NCBI GenBank assembly: GCA_951406725.2
Contig: OX597833.1
Coordinates: 71,796,001 to 71,860,000, forward strand
DNA: 64,000 nucleotides
Reading direction: 5' to 3'
Source: Octopus vulgaris
Lineage: Eukaryota
In this document: in pieces, positions 12,662 through 25,300 of the stretch
Layout of the letters: each line of letters begins with the position of its first letter
Position numbering within the stretch: the stretch's first letter is position 1
The notes under the pieces: model-generated
What the model was told of the DNA's origin: nothing
Seen by the model: only the letters and a program-made list of their open reading frames with translations
Database searches by the model: none
Position numbers and translations under genes: made by a program

Positions 12662-13361
12662 ATGGATAGATTCCGACAACTTTTGAGCGCTTGTGAACAT
12701 GGCGAGGTTCACGTTATCCTCAGCCTGTTGGATCAAGGATTCGTACAGGTGGACGATGTGGACGACGACGAGATTACTGCCTTACAAATGGCAGCAGCGA
12801 ACGGCCAAGAACAAGTGGTTCGGCTCCTGTTGATGCGAGGAGCTGCTCTGGATAAACCCAACATGGCTGGTTGGACGCCCCTAATGCAATCCTGTCGACA
12901 CGGCCATACTAATGTTGTGGCGTTATTGTTACAAAACAAGGCGGATTTCAATGCTTTGAACCGCCTCGGCGCTTCTGCACTGACCATTGCTGCCCGAGGT
13001 GGCCATTTGCAGGTTGTACGGATGTTGTTAGATGCTGGGGCCGAATATAACAGACATGGGAAAGACTGTGAGATCACGCCGTTGATGTCTGCTGCTCAGA
13101 ATGGACACGATTCCGTTCTGAGACTTCTGCTGGACAGAGGATACGAAGTCAACTATCAGACGCCGTCCAATGGCCTTACAGTTCTAATGGGAGCTGCTCA
13201 AAACGGACACATGACCACTGCTCAGGTGCTCATCGAACGAGGCTGTGATCCGAATTTGACCGACATTAACGACCGAACTGCCCTGGAAATGGCGAAGATG
13301 CGCGGAAAGCGAGAAGTTCACGGCTATTTGGATCGAAAAACCAAAAATAAACCGAAAGTTT
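12662..13361 (+). CDS. ANKS6: ANKS6 exon 1, N-terminal ankyrin repeats
   Basis: ORF 12662..13381 with TALQMAA/TPLMQSC/TPLMSAA ankyrin motifs; T|gtaagt donor. Confidence 0.96.
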
Positions 13362-16300
13362 GTAAGTTATTTATATTTTGACATTTTTAATTAAAGAGCC
13401 CCGTTTTTTTTTTATTGTTCAGTTGTAATTTGGCTTACATGTTTTAATATGTAGACAATGGCCTTCAAAATATTTGAATTTGTAGATGGTTTTCTACAAA
13501 TTCAAAATTTTTTTAAAATCCTTCAGCAGGACATGTTATAAGCATTTAGCTTAAAATAAGACCTTTTGCTCTTTGAGTTCCTTAAGCTGTACCCATACTT
13601 GTGAATATCAATCTGCTGGATCTGTAGGGACCTACAGTGGAACATCAACTTGCCACAAACGTTGTTTGTTAAAGAATGTGTTTTTCTCCAATTTTAGTTT
13701 GCGCAAATGTTGTCTACCATTTTCTTGGGTTAGCCAAATCCTTATTTAATGGAATTTGGTAGATAAGACAGAAAGTGTGTGTGACATCTTGTCTGCAAGG
13801 ACCATTCCTTGTTCTTGTGTGCTTTAATATCGGTCTCAGGCCACCGCCTTGACCACACAATTGCAAACATTTGGACACGGTCTCTGGCTTCCCTTTCTCG
13901 CTTGACCATTAACTCTAATTCTCTTGTTGTTCTCAATTTCTGTTTCTTTTGCAGCGCCAGAAGAAGTGAAACCTGACATCATAACTGCTTCGAAACAAGG
14001 TATGTCTTCTTTATTTTGTAGCTTTGACAGGGAGTGGCCCCCAGCAGTGAGGGGCCCAATACAGACGGACTTTGTTTTTGTCATTGTTTGCTGTGCTTTG
14101 TATTATCAGGATTAATGTAACCATCCGAACGTGGCCGATGCCAGCCTTGCCTGGCCCACGTGCCGGTGGCACATAAAAAACACCATTCAATCGTGGCCGT
14201 TTGCCAGCCTCGTCTGGCCTCCGTGTCGGTGGCACATAAAAAGCACCCACTACACTCTTGGAGTGGTTGGCGTTAGGAAGGGCATCCAGCCGTAGAAACA
14301 TTGCCAAATCAAGACTGGGCCTGGTGCAGCCTCCTGGCTTCCCAGACCCCAGTTGAACCGTCCAACCCATGCTAGTATGGAAAGCGGATGCTAAATGATG
14401 ATGATGATGCTGCTACTGTCTGATGTATTTTCTGTCTTCAGCTTTAACGAAGCACAGCACACATGTAATGGCATTGTTTAATCTTCCAGCATTAGAATTG
14501 CGTGGGGCCTTCATGGGATCACATGATCAACCAGACTATCAGACGTTATACATCACTAGTCACAATGCACTTTGCATCATTTTATCTTTCAAGTGATGCC
14601 ACCCTGATGGCTCGGGGAGCAGAGCAACACCATTGCCCCTGACCGGAAGAAGATTATCCTGTTGGTTGCAGAGCGACCCATTTACGGCTGAGTGGACTGG
14701 TGCAATTTGAAATGAAATCTTTTGCTCAACAACACAAGTGCACCGTCTGGGAGTGGAACCCATGATCTGGTGATTGCAAGTGCAACACCCTAACCACTCG
14801 GCCACGACTGATGGCACAATGGATTTTATTTGATGTGAATTGACAATTTCATGTTTATTTCCTTTTTAGGTGATCTTGAACGCATTTCCCAGATTCTGAG
14901 AGAAGATAAGATCCAAGTTGATGCTTGTTCGCCCCAGGATGGAGCGACGCCTCTCATGTTTGCTGCCATGATGGGACGGTTGGACATTGTCCGTCAGTTG
15001 GTTGAGAATGGTTGTGACACCAACAAACAAGACACCATCAGTGGTTGGACAGCATTGATGCAAGCCACCTACCATGGGTAACTCACTCGTTCTTCTTGTT
15101 GTTCTTGTTGTTATACAGTCCTGTAGTGAACAAATGATTGTGTGGTAAAGAAGTACACTTGCCAGCCATGTGGTTCTGGGTTCAATCCCACTGTGTGGCA
15201 CCATGGGAAAATGTCTTCTAGCAGAACCTTGAGTTAACCAATAACTTAGGAATAGAATTTGGTTGACAGAAACTCTTTTATTTATGTTTGTTTTTATGTT
15301 TTAGCAGTTTAAAAAAACTGCTGTTGTCCTATTTATATTGTCCTTTTATGTCCTATTTCCTGGTCATTTAAGAAATAGAAATCATTTGAATAATGATTAA
15401 TATGATTGAGGAAAAATCTTTGAAGGTGGACTCCAGCCTGGCCATAGACCAATGGCAGAAACTAGTAAAAGAAGAAAAATATATAAACTAAAACAATGAC
15501 ACTAGGATATTTGGTTGGGTGCTGGGGTGTGACCCTCACCCCTGAATCTATGTTCCAGACTCATCATCTCTCTCTCTCTCCAGCTGGCAGCCATACTTCT
15601 TGTTCCAACATGCAGTGATTATTGTTGTTGTTGTTTAACCCCAGGTCAGCTTGATTGAGCAGGTCCTTGATCAAAGACATCCCATCCACAGTCATCTTCC
15701 CTCTTCTTCTTTTTTTCTCAGGAACAGTGTACCTGGGATCGCATCAACCAAAATGTCCTCTTTTTAAGATGAAGCGGGTATTTACTAAATTTTAGATTTA
15801 AATAATGGCCACCACCTACTGAAACATTGCTAAACACTTTCATCCTTGTCTTTATTTTATATGAGCCAACTAGAGAATTTCTACATGTTTAGTTGATGTG
15901 CTGAGAATAGTAACCAAATCGCCCTCAAGTTACACCCTACTCTCTTAAAAAAAAAAGAGGTAAAACATTGGACAATGTAATCCTAGATGCTCTTAGCTAA
16001 ATACATGGACACAACTTGCCTTGGAATGTCTTTGATCATGGGTCTGCTGGGGAAGGATTGGCCTGGGGATAAACAAGATCAAAGCTCTCAGAACAGCAAG
16101 GGACTTAGGGGCCTGGGGTTTATAAGAGGAGCAAAAGAACCTTTACGGGTTGATGGTTATTGGAAATATTTGCCTCTTGATGGGAATCTGCTTGGGGTTA
16201 TTCATATTGCTAGAAATAGCTGTGAAATATCTCTCAAATCACAACATTCTTTGTAAAATGAGTTAAAAACTCACTGATTCATTAGATAAGCTAGTAATCG

Positions 16301-19300
16301 TAGATGAAATGGTCATGGCAGGAATGTCTGTAATCATAGGTCTCCTCAATCAAGGTTATCCTGGGGACTAAGGAAATAAAGGGGCTGTAGGGAGTTTGAT
16401 GCAAGATGATGTTGGGATTTCAACCAATTAAACATCATCTTCATCACATAACTAAAATGATTTTCTTTCTTTTTCCAGACAAAAATCTGTTGCCATGTTT
16501 CTCATCAACGAGGCCAAAACCGAAGTGACGGTTCAAGCGAAAAACGGATGCACAGCCTTTGACATGGCCTCTCTGCTCGGTTGGTAACATTTCTTCAATT
16601 CAATTAACAAAACTCAAGTCTCAACTCTGCGATTTGCCATCTAAAATTGTTTTTGTTTTTATAAAAATCAAAAATCGATGAACATCAATGGAATTTGTTG
16701 TGTTGTGATACCAGTGCCGGTGGCACATAGGAAAACCATCCAAACGTGGCCGTAGCCAGTACCGCATCGACTGGCCTCCGTGCTGGTGGCACGTAAAAAA
16801 ACACCATCCGAGCGTGGCCGTTCGCCAGCCTCGTCTGGCACCTGTGTCGGTGGCACATAAAAAGCACCCACTACACTCACGGAGTGGTTGGCGTTAGGAA
16901 GGGCATCCAGCTGTAGAAACACTGCCAGATCAGACTGGAGCCTGGAGCAGCCTTCTGGCTTCCCAGACCCCAGTCGAACCGTCCAACCCATGCTAGCATG
17001 GAAAGCGGACACTAAACGATGATGATGTTGCATTTGCTCAGCTAAAACATTTCATTTGTGTTGTTGAAAACCATTGCAGTTGTTTTGTGGCAATCATGTT
17101 TGACATTTAAAATCGACGGCCACTGTCGAAAGCCAGCACGGAAGAGTAAGGGGTCTCATGGTGGTGTGCAGTCTACTGTAGGCAGGGATAGTGGGAAATG
17201 GTGATGATGATGGTTACAGTCATGGGGCTGTGGTGAGGAATCCCAGGATGCCAGGTTCAATTCCATTGTGGATCATTGACCATAACCTTGTTTGATCCAG
17301 TCATTGGCAAGATGATGGCTACAGTCATGGGGCTGTGGTGAGGAATCCCAGGATGCCAGGTTCAATTCCATTGTGGATCATTGACCATAACCTTGTTTGA
17401 TCCAGTCATTGACAAGAAAATTGGAGAGAAAGGATCTGTGCAGAAACCAGTTGGAGTATAATACCACAAGGCATTTTCTTCTCTGTCCTCAGTAGTAGTA
17501 GTAGTAGTAAAGCTTTGTATGCAGTAGATGCGCTGGAGCAGTCCATTCTATGAGCACAGCAGAAGTAGCATGCTCCATTGGATGTGCAGGAATGTGAGAG
17601 AAAAACTGGTCAAGAGAGGAATCAGATGTTAGGTGCTGGAAAGAAGACGGCACTGGTATGGCTACTTGATGTGTAAGGAATTGGTGGTTGCTAAATGTGG
17701 ACGGGGAAGAGCCAAGAAAACATGGGATGAAGTGATGAAGGCTGACCTCAAAATATTGACAAAAGACTGACATGACTGATGATATACGCTTCTTGAGGAG
17801 ATTTACCCAACTCAACAAAACTGAATTCTAGAAGTGTTTGTGTGTGTGTGTGTACAACTGGGCCGTTCATCCTACTTCTTCCTCAAGACACCTCCATCAC
17901 TCATCATCTGTAGCTCTTCCTTGAAAACTCTTATTTTTCTTAGCAGTCAGAACTATTTCACTTGTAATTCATCCATTTAGTACTCTCCACTTGCATTTTA
18001 CATTGATCAGCACCTCCCTCCATCACTATTCACTGAGCCAACAAATTATCTCTCCTTCTTCACCACCATTCATCTCTCACTCTCCTCATGTACTATGTTT
18101 GTCTCTCTCTCTTTCCCCTCCCCACTTTACTCTCTCTTGCTCTCATCCTTCCTCCGACTAATCTTTCATCATTACTTTCATATTGCTCTCTCTCCTTTGT
18201 TCAGTCATCTCCATAACACCCCCTAACTCCTTATCCACCCTTTAACCCTGCCATCACCCATTCCCCCTCTTTCTCACCCCACCCCCATTCCTGTCTCCTT
18301 ACTTCTTCTCACCTCATTGATGAAGGGTCCTGAATAACCCCTGCCCCCCACCCCTTCATTTCATCCCATGCTGTCTCTTCTAGAAACAGCTTTGCACGAT
18401 TTCTCTACTGACTCTCTCTATTCTGAGTTCAAATCCTGCTGAGATTAACTTTGCCTTTCTTTCCTCCTGGGCCAAATAAAACAAAATAGCAGCCATGAAG
18501 TGGTTAACTTCCACCCCACAAAAAATAAAACTTTGCTGCTTTTATGCCAAAATTTGAAACAGTTTTTACTGTTGAAGCTATTATTCTTATTATTATTACA
18601 GTGGACAAAATACCTTGTGGTGTTAATCGCCTTTACATTTTTTTGAGTCCTGGTGGTGGTGGGGGGGATCATTGTAGCTACAAATTAACTCCACTACTTC
18701 ACCCTTTGCTAGAATATGTTGTGTTATTTAGTAACATACTGTTATATTCTGAGTTCAAATCCTGCTGGGGATGACTTCGCTTCCTTTCCAGGAAGAAAGT
18801 AAAATGTCAGGGAATGGGGAGTGGGGTCCAAATTGATGGCTTTAACTAAACCATCCCTCCCATTAAATAATAAAAACCAAACAATTGTGGCCTGGTGTCT
18901 ATGTTATGAATTGTTGTTTTAGATGATGTCGACACGGACTTACTTCGTTTACTTGCTGAGAAGACAATGAAAATAACGAACCAGCGCCAGGGCAAGAAAT
19001 GGGCCAAACAGAATGGCACAGTTCAAGACTTCAGGTCAGACATCAAAGCATTTCTTTTGTTTCTTAGATTTTGTATTTCTTCTTCCCCATAATACTGTGT
19101 TGGGGGTGGGATAGCTCTGCAAATCCACACTTTTACAGGACTATTTTATCTTTATAAATCAGCAGCTCTTCTTAACCACAAAATGTAACAGACGTGTTTA
19201 TTAATGTTTCTTTTTCACTAAATTGTGACAAATGGTGGCATGGTGTGTCTTGCTTAAGAGTATTGTTCTTTGACCTCAGCCAGCGAACTTGTGGTCAAAA

Positions 19301-22300
19301 TTGTCCTTGAGGCAGAACTATAGAATCACTGCACAAAATCTTTGACTTTTAACTCCTCAGTTTACAATTCAACTGATTCCAGTTGCAAAATGGTGATTCT
19401 AAGAAATTCTTCGAAATCTGATTTTGTTATTTTCTCTGTAGAAAACAGGAAACTTAACATCGGTAATTCTATTCAGTGGATTTCATTTTACATTTAATCA
19501 GAATTGGTAGAGGATTCTTACCGAGTTCAGTAACGAGATAATTACTTCCAACTACACAACTTTGTCCAGATGTGACCATCCAGTCATATTTTATATCAGT
19601 GACTATATTGTCCATTGTGTTCTTTCTTGTTCTTTTAAGATGGTAAAGTGTGACTTGAGGGAAAATTGACTGCTATTTCTAACAGGTCAAGCCATCATGT
19701 TATTGGTTCAAATACAAAGAAGTTATTTCTAAAGATTGAACTCCTTCCAAACAGCAAGAAACTTCTCTTTGTATTCCATCTCCTTACAAATGGTTTTCCC
19801 ACTCACGACAACCTCAACCTCTTGGCAACATTCACCACCACCACCACCTTAGACATTTCTACATCTTCATTGTGTCTTTTGCTCTCTTTTTCTCTCCTTT
19901 CTTTCCTTCTTCACTGTCTTTGAGCAATATTGTTTAATAAATATTTTCTTGTTTCAGCGAAGAACACTCACAGAATGGATTGAGAGTAAGTGCCATCTCA
20001 TCGCTTCTCCATTCAACCGATTCCAACAATTCTTTTGTCTTCTATTTTTTTTGTCTCTTGATTCTTTGGTTCTTCAACCATTTCACTGACCAACACTATA
20101 TACATACACGCATGGCTGTTATAGCAAGGTGTTTGTTTCTGGACCACATAATTCTGGCTTCCATCCCAATTGCGTGTCACCTTAGGCAGGTGTCATCTAC
20201 TGAAGCCCCAGGCTGACCAAAGCCTCGTCAGTGGAAATGGTAATCAGAAACTGAAAGAAACCCATTGTGTATATATAAATATATATATATAAATGGCGGT
20301 GCCCCAGCATGGCCACAGCTCGTGAGCTGAAACTAGATAAAATAAAAATAAAATAAAACAATATATATATATATATAGTCAATAATAAAAGGGTAAAATT
20401 AATTAATTTTACCAAGTAGTGTTCAGTATGTAAGAAGACCATTTATGGTATATTTAAAACATTACGTTATATAATTAGGGTTCAGTAAAATAATTTACTT
20501 TACCACACACTGAACTTTTAGAAATAGCAGCCAAAAAATCTTAGCTGTTTCCTCTACTATTTTACTGAACCCTAATTATATAACATAATGTTTTAAATAT
20601 ATATATATATGTGTGTGTGTGTGTATGTATGCACACATATATAGATATATATATCTACACACACAGTGTGTGTGTTACTCACTGTTGGCCTGTCTTGACA
20701 TCACATGGTCGCTGTAAACGAGTGCCACTGTCCAGCAAGCAGTGTCCTTCCTTTCTAGTATTCTATGGAAGCATGTCCAGTCAAGGGGGAATATTACCTC
20801 ACATAGAAAAGGGTGAGGGTTTCTAAGAGGAAGGGCACCTGGTCATATTAAATCCACCCAAACTAACTTCATACAACCCATGCCAGCATGGAAAAGTGGA
20901 TGGTCTGATGATGATGATATATGTAACTCCTTGGGATTTATTCATTTTATGTCCATTTTCTATGTTACTGTTGGCTTTGCATGAATATATTATCAAACCC
21001 ATATTTGCTACTCTTAAAAGTGCTGGAAAAGGCCCCAAAATGATGCTTTTGTTCTGCATGTTTATAATCCAAGCATTTAGGGTTAAATTTTTGTGAGGAA
21101 CAGAATTTGGCCTTTATGTATTTTCAAAATTTTCTTTTTCGGCAACAGTTTAGTCTCAACATGTTGCCCGTCACTGGAATTATTATTCCAAAACCTTTTT
21201 TTTTCTGTTTTTTCCCTAATCCCCAGGCCTGGTGGAGTCGGATGTCAAACCGTTTCCGTAACCTGAAACTCGGTCGCACCTACAGCACCTCTCATTACTT
21301 TGCAACGGGACCGTTCCAGCCTGATACGGATGTAAGTCGTCTAAATTCACCTAAAATCTCTTATTTTCTGCCTCTTCTTGCCACACCCCCCATTAACTCT
21401 ATCCCCTGGGTCATCTCTTAATCCCACAGACCCTTTAATCCAAAGCATTCCATCTGCAGCCATTCTGCCTTTCTCCCCAAAACACACTCTTGCATACCTG
21501 ATCACATTATCCAATTTGTCTGTTTTCTAAGACAAGAGGATGGGATCCGAGGGAAAACTGACTGCTATTTCTAGCAGATTCAGTAACCACAACGAGGTTC
21601 ACCCTGGCTGAATTGTTAAACCTGGTGGCAGAGATTCTCTTTCAAATCTCCATCTTATCATTTTGCTGTGTTCAATCCCACTGCATGGCACATTGGGCAA
21701 GTGTCTTCCAGTGTAGCCTTAGGTCAACTGTAGCCTTCATCAGCCTCATGAGTAAAACTGAGTTGGTGGAAACTGTGTGGAAGCCCATGGAATGGACTGT
21801 ATTTTTTCTTTTGTAGTACCCTTAATTTGTCAGCCTGTTTGACTCCATTACTTGGTTTGTGGGTCCTTTTTGCATTGGTCCCTTTATTCTAAACTTCCAA
21901 GATTATTGTTCAGTCTAAGGATAATCAAAACCCATCAGTCTTGACTTGGCTCCCTCAGGAAGGAGAGGAAGGTGGGAGAGAGAGAGAGTGAGCAGGCTCT
22001 CTCTCTCTCTCTCTCTCTCTAACTCTCCTTCCTTGTCCGACTCTGTAAAGTGGTTGGCATGAGGAAGGGCATCCAGCCATAGAAAACCATGCCAAATTCA
22101 GACAAATGGAGCCTGGTGCTACTCTCTGGCCTTGCCAGTCCTCAGTCAAACCATCCAACTCATGCCAGCATGGAAAGCAGATGTTAAATGATGAAGATTC
22201 TGTATGTAAGGTTCTCCAATTTAAGGCACCTTTTTTACTGAGTAAACTCAAAGACCCTTACACATCTCATAACGTTCTCCAGTCTGTTCAATCCTCTCAA

Positions 22301-25300
22301 GTTGTTGTTTAGCCACAGACCAATCCTGTTTAAAGACAATCTATCCATGCCCTCTTTTTTTATTGTTTCAAGTATAGTTCATCTGGGACTGCATTATCCA
22401 ATGTGTCTTCCCTGCCTCCATTATGTTGCAGGAGATTTAGCTGCTATTTCTAAAAGTCAAATGACCAGATTTAGTCTCCACCCTCTTTAGCTGGTGTTGT
22501 CACTAGTTGTGTTGTTGGTGTTGTTGTTGTCGTTTGGCTCTAGGTCTCAGTGTTGTTTGTGTGTTTCAGGTTGCCATGGGAGACCAGCATGGCCCTCCCT
22601 CATCTGCTTTACCAGCTCAACAGATGGTTGACTTCAATAGTTACGAGATGATTCTTCAGGAAACTAAACGAAGTGCAACAATGTGTACTCAGGTGAGATC
22701 ACTAATTAATTTTAATGAAAACACTGTCTGTCTGTGATAATTAAATTTGAAAAGTATTCGTAAAGCAAATCACTTTTTTTTCTTAAACTGGTATTTGGTA
22801 TGTAACATGTGAAGGTATTCAGTTTAGTGTTGAGCTATCAGTCATTAGGATGTGGGTTCAATTCTTGATCCAGACAACATATTGTGTCTTTGAGTCAAAT
22901 AATGGATGAAGAATACAATTTGATTGGCTGTTGTTGTTGTGTTTCTGCAGGATCTGAGCACCCCACATTCCAACTCTTGTGACACCCTGAAACCAGTTAT
23001 TCCGCCATTCCTGCCACAACCGACGTTTGGTCTGGACAGCACTGACCACACATCACGTAAACTCTGTACTGGACGCAGGACAGCACCCGTCTCTCCGGTC
23101 CTCATGAACTCAACAACAGTAAGTGTTTTCTGTACCTTTATTATTATTATTTAAAAAAATTTTTTTTTCCAGGTTTACAAAAGAGGCAGGAAAAAAAAAT
23201 AACCCACGAACCCTTTAAATAATCATCTGGCTTGCTAAGAAATGGCAAGATTCCCTCAAATCCCATTTTACTCTCTTTGAAAAAAAGAAGGATGTGAAAC
23301 ACAGGTGGAACATCTTTGGTTATAGATGAACTCAATCAGGACTGATCTGGGGATAAGTAACAAAAAGGCCAACATGGTGAGGAAAAGGGTCCCAGAGGGC
23401 TTATGTCCTAAGGAGGAAGCATTTGGTGCAAGACCAGAAAAAGGTGACACAATATAGAAAATATAGAAGATGAAAGGAGATGGGAAAGATGGACTTAGAC
23501 AAAATTGGTAAATCACCAATTGATTCTGAGAAACAGAGACTATCATGGAAATGGTTGAAGTGACAGTGAGGAGGTCAACAGATCTGTGGATTAGTGGTTG
23601 GGTCAGGGGTGGTTAATAAGGATTTGCCATTGAGCCGGATTACTTAGGATAAAGATTAAGTTGTTTATTTTTAGGTGAAGCCAGAACACCATACAAGATG
23701 CAGGAGTCATCTGTTATGAGTCTCTAACTTTTGTGTCTCAGGCTAAAGTTTATTCTGCCTTTGAAGACAACCGTTAGTCTTTGATTCACCCTTTTTATTG
23801 GAGTAGACAAGTCTTTGACTCACAGTTTTTACTTGATTTTCTGGAAATAGCAACCAAATCTCACATCCTATAAAAACCATGAAGTCTGATTAGCTTGAAC
23901 AAAAGTAAAACAAGGATTAACTTTTCTGACTCTTGACAAGATTAGCAAAGTTCTTCATTTTGAAGATTCTAATTTTTGTCTGGATGACGAAGTTTGTTTT
24001 TAGAAAAGGAAATGCTTCACCGTTTCAAAGAGTTCCATTTCTCTCAACATCAGGGATTCCATTCTTGGAGTGTATAGAATCCCAAAGTAACTTTACTTTA
24101 AACTAGCAGTATCGCCCAGTGTTGCTCGGGTTTGTTTCGACCCTTTATTTTTGGAATTTTTAAAAAGTAAAACTTTTGCATGCTGTAACTTATTCTCTTT
24201 AAGTGAACATTTTTCTGGTTGAAATACACCAAAAAATGGCGAGACGGCAGTAAAAAAATCGTAAAAAATAGGGATTTTCAAAGAAAGAAAACACCTTTTT
24301 GATGTAAATAATTTTTGGTGTCAACATGGTCGGATTTGAATTTTTTCTTCTACGGAAGGAAGAACAAGCCTTCTTTTATCATGCTCTCAATTTTGGCCAA
24401 CTTGCGCCGCAGGGTCTCGAAGGAGATAGTGTTAGTTGAAGGCTACCAAACCTGCCATGCACAGACAACTTCAGCTATATAGAGAGAGAGAGATGTAATG
24501 CCAGTCTCAGCCAGCAATCTACTCCTACAAGCTGATTCAAAGTCTACCAGTAATTATTAAAAACAGATTGACACGACCCCTTCCCTCACACATTTAATTT
24601 ATTTGATATTTTCAACCGTTCTTTTGTATTTCCTGAAATTTTGAATTGTGCTGTTTTCTGTGTTGTAGCGATCCGGCCGATCCGTCGCTTGTCCTTCCAA
24701 ACTGCTCCACAATCGATCGACAGGAAACCTAAACATGCATCACCAAGTGAACCCATCGACACCCATGATGGCCCCAGCCTCTCGCTATTTTCCTTCAAGT
24801 CCTTCTCTTGGAATCACCGGTTCAACAACTGCTACAATCATTCCTGGTTACAAAAAGCATTTGCCGTACCAGTTTACAAACAACCCCAGTGCATCTTCTG
24901 TCCCTGGGCCGACCTCTGCTGCAGCATATTCAAGAGTGGCAATGTCTAATCGTGTGGCGGCGGCGGCTGGAGAATTTAGTTCCCTTGGGTTGTGTGCAGA
25001 ACAAGGTCCTGTTGGCAGCCCTGTATCAGCTTCTTCTGCTGTTGCTGTTCCTAGCTCAGGTGAGTGCTACATCTGACAAACATTCTCATCATTTTCCTCC
25101 ACAGGGGATAGTTTTTCAAACCCTTTTCCTTAGTGACAATCAGAGATGAATTTTTCCCATGTTGAATATCCGATTTGGTTCTGCTCTGGTTTCCAAGTTC
25201 AGTGTTTCACAACCAGGGATGCTTGAGAGAAACAACAGAGGCACCGGCTGACCGAGTGATGAAGACTTTTTGCTTCCCAACCTCTCATGGTTTGGGATTC

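Noticed and set aside
12733-13077. Antisense ORFs over ANKS6 exons (also 14866-15204, 22845-23105, 31578-31790)
   Set aside because: Shadows of real coding exons on the opposite strand.
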